NCBI RefSeq assembly: GCF_009914755.1
Contig: NC_060928.1
Strand: one strand, 5' to 3'
DNA length: 64,000 bases
From: the human T2T-CHM13v2.0 reference genome, Homo sapiens
The translations under genes and the position numbers were made by a program. The notes beneath the pieces are model-generated. The model worked only from the letters and a program-made list of their open reading frames with translations. It was not told the DNA's origin and did not search any database. How positions within the stretch are numbered: the first letter of the stretch is position 1; every line of letters begins with the position of its first letter. Below, piece after piece: positions 53,480 through 64,000 of the stretch.

Positions 53480-53787
53480 GGTCGGGCATGGTAGCTCACG
53501 CCTGTAATCCCAGAACTTTGGGAGGCCAAGGCGGGCAGATCATGAGGTCAGGAGATCGAGAGCATCCTGGCTAACACAGTGAAACCCTGTCTCTACTAAA
53601 AATACAAAAAATTAGCTGGGTGTGGTGGCAGGCACCTGTAGTCCCAGCTACTCGGGAGGCTGAGGCAGGAGAATCGCTTGAACCTGGGAGGAGGAGCTTT
53701 CAGTGAGCCGAGATTGCGCCAGTGCACTCCAGCCTGGGCGAAAGTGTGAGACTGTCTCAAAAAAAACAACAACAACAACAAAAAAAA
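53480..53787 (+). mobile_element. Full-length Alu (AluSc8/AluY boundary type) with (CAA)n tail
   Basis: gatcatgaggtcaggagatcgagagcatcctggctaacac (Sc8/Y type), gagaatcgcttgaacc (S type), ggagct (Y type). Degenerate TSD ending taaaaca on both sides. Confidence 0.97.
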
Positions 53788-54826
53788 GGGGGTAAAACAG
53801 ATCCTCTGCCTATTTTGATTCCTCAATATTCAAATATTTAGGTTAAAAATTTCATAGTTCTTTGCTATTTTCCCTAATAGCTGGAGTTTCTAGAATCTGT
53901 AGTGTAAGTCTTTTTATGACAAGAAAGTTTAACACGTGTTAGTTTCTTTCTCACCTTAGAGCTATTATATAGAAATGTCCTGAAAAATTCTATGTGTGAT
54001 AGAAATTTGAGCATGTGCTTCTTTAGGTCCAGCACACCTTCTCCGATATTAACTCCCCCGACTGCAACTGCCCATTCATCAGCCCTCCCAGGCCATGTTT
54101 GTCTTTGAATCTCTCATATTTCTTTGTAAAAAGTATACTTTCAATAAATATTTGTTAAATTAGTAAATTCCTATTTCTTTAAGTGCTGGTATGGTTGAAA
54201 ATATATAGGAAGAACATCAAGTATTAATGTCTTTTGAAAAGTCAACACGATGTATGCTTTTGTTTACATTCAGAGTATTTTTTGTTTTTATTTCCTATTA
54301 CATATATAATACATGATCATTGTAGAAAACTATAGAAAGCATTGTAGAAAGTATTGTTTTGTGTGTGTATATATATATATATATATATGTGCACATATAA
54401 AATGGGATTATGCTGGCACTGTTTTTAATTTTTAAATCTATCATTTGTTTTTTATCAGCTATCAATCAACTAAAAAAGTTAAGAAAAGCCTGCCTAAACA
54501 ATATCTAATATTACATGACTAGTCTGTATGCTTTTCATAGTCTATTTTTACTGTGGTTTTCTAGAAATATGTGAAAACGTGTATCAGTCTCCCTATGAAA
54601 TAGTTTAATGGGTTTTACTAATGTGCCAGTAAAATATTTTTGCCCCCAAAATCAACAAGGTAGCTCAAAAGTAAAACTCTTCCTTTCATGTGATGTGATC
54701 TACACTGTAGATTTATGCAACACAAAAAATCTACTGGTAAACAGCCAAACAAAACAAGGTCCCTTTATTATGAATGTAGGCAACACTAAGAAAAATAATT
54801 AAGCAGTCATTTAAAAACCCATAAAC

Positions 54827-54830
<4 letters not shown>

Positions 54831-54858
<28 letters not shown>
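54831..54858 (+). repeat. (CA)14 microsatellite
   Basis: Read directly. Confidence 0.95.
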
Positions 54859-54862
<4 letters not shown>

Positions 54863-55952
54863 TTCATTAACTTTAAACCACAAGAAATTAATTACAGATT
54901 CACTGCTAATGAACATATGGGATAAGTGCTGACACTCAACTGGTTTCAGTTCAGTGATCGCAGAAACAAAGCAATGCTCACAGACGGATGGTGGGGGGAA
55001 ACGTTAGTGAGTGGGGGCCAGGAAGCAAGATTCCTTCATAACTATGGAAAACAGTTCCAAAATATTCAGACAGAGAGAAAAGGGCTCCAAAATCCATCCC
55101 ATTCTGAGTATGAACAGACCTTCTCCATCACCGCCACCTGCTGTCTCTACCTCTAGAAGAAGCTGTAATGTCTGAGGAAGGAGGAGGTTGAGCAGAGGGG
55201 AGAGAGTAGGCAGAGAGGCACTGGCAAAGAACCATTGCTCCAGAGCAAAGACAACCCCCCCCACCACCCCCACCCCAAAAATAAAAAGGAAATAGAAAAA
55301 GAAAAGAAGAAACATCATGTCTAAAGAAAAGTGTCATAGACCTGAAACAGATAGCTATCTGTACAAAGGGTACATGTGTTAAATCAGAGGGTAAGTCACT
55401 GAGCAATTGCAGAGAAATTAAGATGTTGATCCTGTATGTCCTTTCCTATTTAAATATGCTGATGATTTAAAACACCCTCATTGAAGATGCAGATCATGAA
55501 GACACTCACCTTTTCATACGCTGAGCTACAATGTCAAACTCTAAAGAAATCATTGCAGCAGGATCAACGTCACTTTCTCTTCAAAATTCTTACCTCACTG
55601 CAAACTGAAGACAGCTATGTTGGGCTTCATATTTATTAACAGGATGTAAAAGCAAGTAATACTACCTGGTGTCATAAAATAGTGAATGCTGCCTCCCATA
55701 TTACTTAGGATAAACAAATTCCTCTCCTGTTTCTATTCATGTCCAGAATAATCAGTTCATTATTCATCATCTGAGATGTATGCGTTATTCATGATTAAAT
55801 ATTTATCAATTCATATTGATGGTTCTTCCTATTGAATCACTCTCCTATTCTTACTCATCTGTGTTTACATCCAGTGAAAATATGTCTTCATTTGTCTATG
55901 AACTGGAACAATTCTAAACACTTTGTGTCTACATATAGTATCTACCTTCTTA

Positions 55953-56303
<351 letters not shown>

Positions 56304-56733
56304 TTAAAAATTCTCTAGATTTTTATTTTCTTTTGGAATTATGTCTTTTTTATATTCTTCTCCTTAGTCCTAAAATCATTTTCCATCAAGATTACATGAT
56401 TTCTATGCTGACAGAGATTTTTCAGTTTAACATAGATGGTAATAAATTAATTTAGCTTCTGGTATTATTTTCATTTTCTTGTCTGTCAGAAATTTACCAT
56501 CTTGAAAAACAAATCACTAGCTTTCAATTATAAGCAAAGTTATGTAATAATACTAATTAGAGAGTGTAAATGATCAGTTCATCATTTTATCAGATTTTAC
56601 ATAAAAGCATGCCTAGAAAACCATAATTTAAATAATGTAAATGGACTTGAGAAAGCATGATGAATTATAGACTGTAATTTAATTGCATTAGCAAACTTAA
56701 AAAAATGTTTTAACATATCAATAACTTTAAATC

Positions 56734-57000
56734 TTTTTTTAAAAAATTACATTTTAATTGACAAATAATAATTATATATTTTTATGTGTTACGATGTAAT
56801 ATTTTGATACAGGTATACATTGTGGAATGATTAAATCAGGGTCATTAATATGACCCTCACCTCTCATACTTAGTTCTTTGTGATGAGAACATTTAAAATC
56901 TACCATTCCAACAATTTTGAAATATACAACACATTATTATTAACTATAGTCACCCATGCTGTGCAATAGATCACTAGAAATATTCCTCCTAACTGAAACG
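56734..57000 (-). mobile_element. L1MA-type 3' end
   Basis: ttaattgacaaataataatt...tatacattgtggaatgattaaatcag...gagaacatttaaaatcta...ttaactatagtcacc...tgtgcaatagatcactagaa. Confidence 0.88.
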
Positions 57001-57264
57001 TGAAACTTTTCTTTATTCTTGGTGTATAAAAGAAAGAGAGCTCAAGCTAAGGCATTTCCCAAGGATATTTTCCAGTGTCTCAAAGAGTATATAATTATAC
57101 AGTTCACTATTGTGCTAAATAGGTACACTTTTTAAAAACTGCAATTACTATTCTGATTGAAGGGGTGTTTGATCATTACTCTGCTGATGCTGAAAAAGTA
57201 TAGTATGATGCTGAAAAAGTACAGCCTTTAAAGTTTAACTGCTTATATTCAATTTCCAACTTTT

Positions 57265-57425
57265 TCATTTGCCAGCTAAGTAACTGTGCCTGTTTTCTTT
57301 TATGTAAAATGGGGCAAAACTGGTTATTTGGAGAAAATATTATTTTCAAGATTAAAAGATATGGCATGATTTGCATAAAGTTTTCAGAGCCTGTAACGTG
57401 ATAAGTACTCAATAAATGCTGGTTT
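57265..57425 (+). mobile_element. MIR fragment
   Basis: ctgtgcctgttttcttttatgtaaaatgggg...agagcctgtaacgtgataagtactcaataaatg. Confidence 0.6.
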
Positions 57426-57966
57426 CACTGCATTGATAAATGATGGTGGAGATGGGGGAGTGTCCAGGGAGGAAAATTGAATCTTATAGCCCTTATAATA
57501 AGAATGCTGTGGTCTCCCTATTATATCCATAGTTTGTGAATATTTTGTCACCAGGTTCTTCGTGTATATTAGAGGGACACAGGGTTAAAGAGAACTCCTG
57601 TTCTTTTGTGTGAATTAAACAGAAGGGAATATCAAAGTTGGGTTACTTTTCTATGTAAAGATCTGTTTAGACAAGTTATCTAATCTAGGGCCCTTGTAAT
57701 CATTAAAGAAAGAAAAGTCCAATTATTTGATTATTTGCTTTATTCTTATTTATGTCTCTACGTTGTATTTAACAGTTTTCTTTAAAATTCATCATGCACA
57801 ATAAAAATGTATCTACTTTCTCCTTTAGCTTCAGAGGCCCCACACTTTCCTGGTTTCTTCTTCCACCTCTCTGAATGTTTCTTCTACCTCCTATATGACG
57901 TCTTGAAGTGAATTCTTGTAATTTCATATTGCTTCATCATCCATTTCAATATAAGCTTAACTTTCT

Positions 57967-58778
57967 CTTAACAGAAGCAGGGCTTAGCCACCATTGACAC
58001 AATTTCCAGTTCTCTGCTTCCTTCCAGTTCCTCAAAGTGGTAGACCTAGATATCTGCCTTAAAACAACCATCTTCTGGTGACCACCTTCCTATAGGACAG
58101 CTAGATACAACCTACTTGACTCACCCCATGGGGCCCTGCATCCTGCATGGACTGTGCAGATATGCCACAGTGACCATCTCTCAGTCACAGTGTGACTCCA
58201 CAGAACTCACTTCTATTTGCTCTAAACCCACCAAGCAGAACTCCCTGAGAGATAACTGCTTGGATAATGCCTTGGACCTCAGTGAATGCCGTGGTCCCTA
58301 GGTCTTCTTATCTCTCTTGCTCCTTACCTGCTGGTTGACTCTCCATGCCCCTTCCAATTGGCTTTGTAAAGGGTGCTGTCCTTGTCTCTCTGGGATCTGT
58401 GCGTAAGAAAATGGTTCTGTTATTTCATGTGTTTTGTTGAGTTGCCTCCTCTGGGTCTCATGTGACCAACACACCCAAACCTAACTTCTTTCCCAGTTAG
58501 GGCTCTCATTGAGAGTGGCTACATTACTAGAAATAAGACAGAGATCAGACAAGAGCAGCAACGGCATTTGCCAGCATAAAGAATTTTCTGTGAGAGGGCC
58601 ACCTGGTCACGGGTTGGACACTTAGGCAGTAGAGTGTCTACCAGGATAAAAAAAGGATCCCATGAGAAGCACATTGTAAACATCCATGATTGAATCTTTT
58701 GATTACTAGTCAGGGCAGAGCTAGAGCTTATGGCCACTCTCATGAGAAAGACCTCAGGACTAACTTACAGAAAATAGA
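57967..58778 (+). mobile_element. MER54-like ERVL LTR
   Basis: agggctctcattgagagtggcta, cagacaagagc, tgtgagagggccacctggtcacgggttggacacttaggca and cagggcagagctagagcttatggccactctc match recalled MER54 blocks. Confidence 0.75.
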
Positions 58779-58789
58779 GCAAGTCCTCT

Positions 58790-59421
58790 TCCTATCACCT
58801 CACTCAATCTTTTTTCTTCTTTAAATATTCTTTTGGAAAAATATGTATCCCCTTAGCTTCATCTACCATTTAAAATTCAGATTTCCTAATGTTACAGATC
58901 AAGCCACCTTCTTGAAATCCCCGGCTGTCTCACGGAGAGTTTAAAATCAACACATCTAAAATAAAATTTTACTTTCACATCCCAAATATTTTTATTCTCT
59001 TAAATTCCCTCTCTGAGGGAGAGCCTGAAATCCACTCATTAGTCCAAACAAGAAACCTAGAAGTTATCCTGCTTTTCTATCACTCCCTGATTTCCATCAT
59101 CTCATTTTCAATTAAGTTCTGCAAGTGTCTTTATAGTCTCTCTCAGCCTTTCAGTCTTCAGGCTCCTAATCCAACATTTCATCATTTCTTCTTCAAATCA
59201 CCACACTAACATGCCGATCCTCCCTAGGTGCTCCTCTTTCCATAGTGTTTTCCATTCCATATTCTGAGATATGGCTTCCTTTCCTGCTTAAAATATGTTT
59301 ATTCATACATTTCATCAGCAACTATATATTGAGCATCTACTATGTGCCAGGCCCCCCCATTCTAGGGCCCAGGACACTATGGTGAACACGTTCTTTGCTT
59401 GATGCTGTTTACAGATCATTT

Positions 59422-59460
<39 letters not shown>

Positions 59461-60130
59461 ATGCACACATATATATACACATAGATATATAAACATACAC
59501 ACTTATATGTGTGTTTGTTTGTGTGTATATGTGTGTTAGACCTATAAGAGCATCAAAGCTACCAAAGATTTCCATTCCACTTTGGAAATGTATTAAAAGT
59601 ATTCTTGTCTCGCTTGTATATTCATTTATTCATCCATCCGTCCAATAACTATTCTTTAGTGCCTCTTTAGTGTCTTCATGATAAAGTTCAAACTCAGTAT
59701 TACATACAAGTGCCTTTGTGATCTTATCTCTGCCTCTCTCACTAGCTATATTTTCTGCTACTCTTTCATATATCTTCTACATTCCAAGAACAAGTTTTGT
59801 GTGCACTTATAATCTTATCTCCTGCCTGAAAGTTGATATTTCTATCTCTTCTAAGAAGAATATCTTTTCTGCCTCATTCTTGGAAACTGAAAGTCACATA
59901 TTCAGAATAACTTGTCTTCACCCACCTACCTTTCAGGTTGTTAGAGACCCCTAGTCATACATAAATCTATCTCTCCAGCTGTCCTATTGTATGATAGTTG
60001 TTTATTTTTAAATCTCCACTGTGAACTTTCTAATGCATCCCCATCATGTTTACTTTCTTACACAATGGCTGGCACATAGTAGCAATTTATAAATGTCTTT
60101 TGAATGAATAAATGACAGAATGAATGAATA
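58790..60130 (+). mobile_element. Fragmented L2 with an opposite-strand L2 tail (about 59310-59405) and a microsatellite inside
   Basis: aaaatcaacacatctaaa, caagaaacctagaagttatcct, aagttcaaactc and terminal ggctggcacatagtagc...tgaatgaataaatga. Confidence 0.6.
59425..59536 (+). repeat. Compound (AT)14 / (TACA,TG) microsatellite
   Basis: Read directly. Confidence 0.9.
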
Positions 60131-63100
60131 AATTATTCCACTTGGGTCAGATGCTGCAGAAATATTCTGGGCTTTGTTGAACAGAATGTTTTCATTTCTT
60201 CTTTTCTTCTGAAGAGTCCTGGAATGGTGGCCTAAAACTACTATGAAAGAGTTCCTAAATTAGGTTTAATTTAGTAGTGAAGTCAACTAAATTCCAACAA
60301 AATTACCACCTTTAGAGGTACCTAAAAATCTATTTAGCAACAAAAATACCAAAAGCAGTAGGAGATGGTTGATCAAACTTTTCTTCTTAAACCTGATGAG
60401 CACAGCTTTTTGTTGAAAATGATGAGGCCCACACATTTTCAAATCTGTTCAGTTCACTGAAAGGGTACTGTGCCTCAAGATCTTCATTCTTGAAATTCAC
60501 CTTCACCTCATCTGCCTGCACAACACTTAGGAGTTCTGAGAACTGACAAAGTTTCTGAAGTTCTTTGTGTCCATTGTCTCCCACTTTTTTCTTAAAGACA
60601 GGAGTATACTGAAAGTGCCAAACATTGAAAACTGGTATAGCTGTTGAGGCTAATCTCATCTATTCAAACAACGTGAAAACAGTGAGTGGATTTGCAAGTG
60701 ATACAACAGTAGCCCCTGCCTGTATTAGAGTCTTGGGTCACAGTATAGCAATCTTCAGCTTTGCCAATTTCCCAGGGCTCTTTTTACAAATAAAATTCTC
60801 CTCAAAATCTGACTAAAAAATTATATTTTTTCATTGAATTATTCATAGAAGGATCATTTAGTGATACTGGCTTCGAGAAGCCTGAGTCTCTTGCAAATTA
60901 CAGATAATGCTCAGCACAGGGCGTATACGAGTTAAATGTTTAGTAGTAAGGCCATAAATATATAAATTCTAGAATGAAAATTATTACCCCATGCAGGAAA
61001 TGGGAGATTTTACATATGCATACGTATATAATACTATGTATGAAATATTATATATGTGTCTCTACTTAAAGCCAGACAACCAAATAGCATAAATAATGTA
61101 TGGATTAAAATTCAGTTTGACTTTACACAATTATGTAATGTTCTGAAATCTTCCAAAGCTAAAGGGAAGTTAAATTTCCATTAGTAAGACTATTCTATAA
61201 TACTGCATTGTTCATTAATTGTTGCTTGAAGATTGAGTATTAAGTAATGGATTCTATGGCACTTACATAATATTTTATATTTGCAAAGTGCTTTGCAATT
61301 GTGTGCCAGTTAAATGTTAACCGGCCTTATATCCATTATGGATGAGAATAAGAAATGCCTATATGCAGAAGGACAGATTATTGGAACTTCTTTAAATGAG
61401 ACAAGAAACATTTTCATTAACTACATATGTCCTGTAAATTACGGACCTGTCTACATCTTCCATTTTATGAACAGTCTTTGAAGTTGAAAGTTTAAAACAC
61501 TAGCCATTCCTCAATTTTCATTCAGATCTTGGCATAAAACTGCACTGATTCCAACAATCACATATTTTTTTCTAATCAGTATTCATCCCAAGTTGTCAAT
61601 TTACCCTCTATTATCATGCATGTTAGCACTAGTATCCTGTTCTTCAACTCTATACTATAGAAAATCTTTTTCAGTTGGAATTTTAAAATTTAACAATTTT
61701 TTACTGATCTTCATATTTTTTGCAAAAGACTTTAAAAGTCTTTCAGGCCCTTGTTTATTATTTAAATTTGTCTGTCATTCAATAGGATTAATCAATATTT
61801 TAACATATATATATATCACTTCTTCTCAATTATTTCCTATTACATTATACTTATCAACATGGAGTCTTTGCATAGATAATGTGTTTATTCTTCCATATAA
61901 TTTTCTTTAAAATCTTGTATTAGAAAGACGTTTTTTCCCTCATTTAGTTTAGTGTTAAATGAAATTGGGTGAACTGAAATAGGGCATGTCAGATCTACCA
62001 GATAGCAGAAACTCTACGAATCCACAAAAACTGCTCCTTGAAAATCCTAACTCAACGTAGTTATTTGTTGAGAAATTATTGTGAATACACTTTACGTGGA
62101 TATCTGCTTAAATGATAATGATTATTCACAACTCAACTGCACATGCAATTGAATTTTTTAGTAATGTGTCTGATTCTTTAATCAAACAGAATGTTCACAT
62201 CCCTGACTGGAGTCAGGAAGACTAAGTTGAAGGTGCTGAAATAGGTCAAGTGACAGCTCAGAGGGACCGGAAGGAGGGTATATGGTGGTGCTGAGAACGG
62301 GAAGATGGTCAGGGAGAGGCCGAGCAGAATACTCTGGTGAGACAATACACAGAATGGAAGGACTAGGGGAGACGGACAGAGCACTGCAGGAAAAGCAAGT
62401 GACAGAACAAAGACAGTCGCCCAAACATTTGTTCAGATTTGGGGCAGAGATGTCTGATAGGTACACAGAAGTGTACAACTGGACTTCGAGAGAGGGAGAA
62501 TGGTCGGGGGGAAGTAATAGATTTACGGGTCATTGTGCATTTATTTCTGTTGCTCTATTTTAAACTGAGATACGGGTTTGCAAAGTCAAGATGTTAAGTT
62601 CTACATATTTCTTTCTGGGTGTTTTGCTAAGCTTAGGGAAATGTATTATATCAACTACATAACAAGGTTATATAAACGTTGAGAAAGCTTTAAAGAAATA
62701 AATAATCTAAGCACAATTTAGGACTGTTTTCATGAATTTTCAACTGTCATCACTTACTACTTATCTAACTCTCATTTTCCATACAGAACACTTTTTATCC
62801 CCCAAATATAATCATTTCAAAGAGGCAAATCCCTCTCCCTTGGGGAAAAATTAGGGTTAGGTTAGACTCAGAGTCTAGTGTTGTGGCACTGGAGCAGTGA
62901 GTTTTTAAAGCTCATTTTTCTTGATAACCCCTTATAATAAGGTAATCCTCCCTCCCCACTTACCATTAATAAAGGACAAGCATTGTTCTCAGTTTATTGT
63001 TGTCATCTCTGCTCCAAGAGTTCTGCCCTAGCCTACCTTGGCTCTTCCAGCTTCTGCTTTTTTTAGACTTGGAAAGAAAAAGAAACACAAAATCAGAAAC

Positions 63101-63554
63101 AAAAAGTTAAAATACTTAGGCTACATTTTTTTGTGTGTGATCATGAGCCCATAAAACTCTTTCTAATCAGACAAAATCATTGTCTCTTCTCCACCTCAGT
63201 CCTTTGATCTTTGTGGCAGCATCTAATTCACGCTCATTTGCTTTGGATATTTCATCCTCAGCCAGCTGTGACACCTGAGTAATTTCACATACAAAACACA
63301 TTTCTGAAATATTCATATTTATCAATTTTACTAAAGTATTTTACAATTTTAAAGTACATTTAAACAGACCTCTAAATCAATTTAAAAGAAAAGAAGTTTA
63401 ATACAGGCAATAAAAAGTGTCTGCTCAACGTACATTTGTAACGTGCATAAGTAAAATACAGTTACAAAGTAAATACCTTGGCTCTTTTCTGTTAGCAAAG
63501 TGAAATATGTTCTAATATTTAAGTTTTACGGATGGACACTAATGAGAAAAAAAA

Positions 63555-63823
63555 TTGTTTTAAATATATAAATTTATGGGGCACAAGTGCAATTTCATTA
63601 CACGCATAGATTGTGTAATGGTCAAGTCAGGGCTTTTAGGATGTCCATCACCTGAATGATGTACTTTGTACCCATTAAGTAATTTCTCATCCTCCACCCC
63701 CTCAGCCTTCCTAGTCTCTATCGGCTATCATTTCACCCTCTCTATTCATGTGTACACATGTTTTAGCACCTACTTATGGGTGAGAACATGTGACAGTTGT
63801 CTTTCTGTGTCTGACTTGGTTTT
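63555..63823 (-). mobile_element. L1MA/L1PB-type 3' end
   Basis: gggcacaagtgcaattt...tccatcacctgaat...tgtacccattaagtaatttctcatc...gtgagaacatg...ctttctgtgtctgactt. Confidence 0.88.
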
Positions 63824-64000
63824 AAAAAAAGTCTTGGTTTAAAGATCTGAAAAAAAAAATAAGTGCAGCTGCTGACACTTTTGGGACAGCCTCACAGGTA
63901 AGAAAAGAGTAAGATGACAACAAAAATGATTACTTAAAATTAGGTAGAATTGGATTTGAACATTAAAGAGACTTGCAGAAGAGATATTCTGAGGCATAAT

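Noticed and set aside
60660-60780. RRM- or SWIM-finger-like peptide on the minus strand as a named pseudogene
   Set aside because: Loose motif resemblance only, bounded by stops, and no parent gene recognised. Kept only as an unassigned block.

Overview
AT-rich primate (human-like) nuclear DNA with no recognisable protein-coding exon, RNA gene or CpG island. The window is mostly a record of transposable-element insertions. It holds one near-full-length but inactivated L1 (L1PA7-like, about 39460-45884, + strand, with target-site duplication), six Alus, about 11 solo ERVL/MaLR LTRs (THE1D-, MST-, MLT1-, MLT2-, MER21- and MER54-like), many L2, MIR and old-L1 fragments, a few DNA-transposon fossils, microsatellites and a roughly 580-bp polypyrimidine tract. 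The supplied ORFs are explained by L1, Alu, low-complexity sequence or chance. Mixed L1/LTR orientations fit an intergenic or lncRNA-type region better than a coding-gene intron. I found no convincing undescribed biological system. The best leads are a retained antisense ORF0-like frame in the L1 5'UTR, nested insertions with legible TSDs, a structured CT tract at an L2 tail, several palindromes and tandem duplications, and a few unique-sequence candidate regulatory patches. Subfamily names come from recalled consensus similarity and need RepeatMasker/Dfam confirmation. Boundaries of old elements are approximate.
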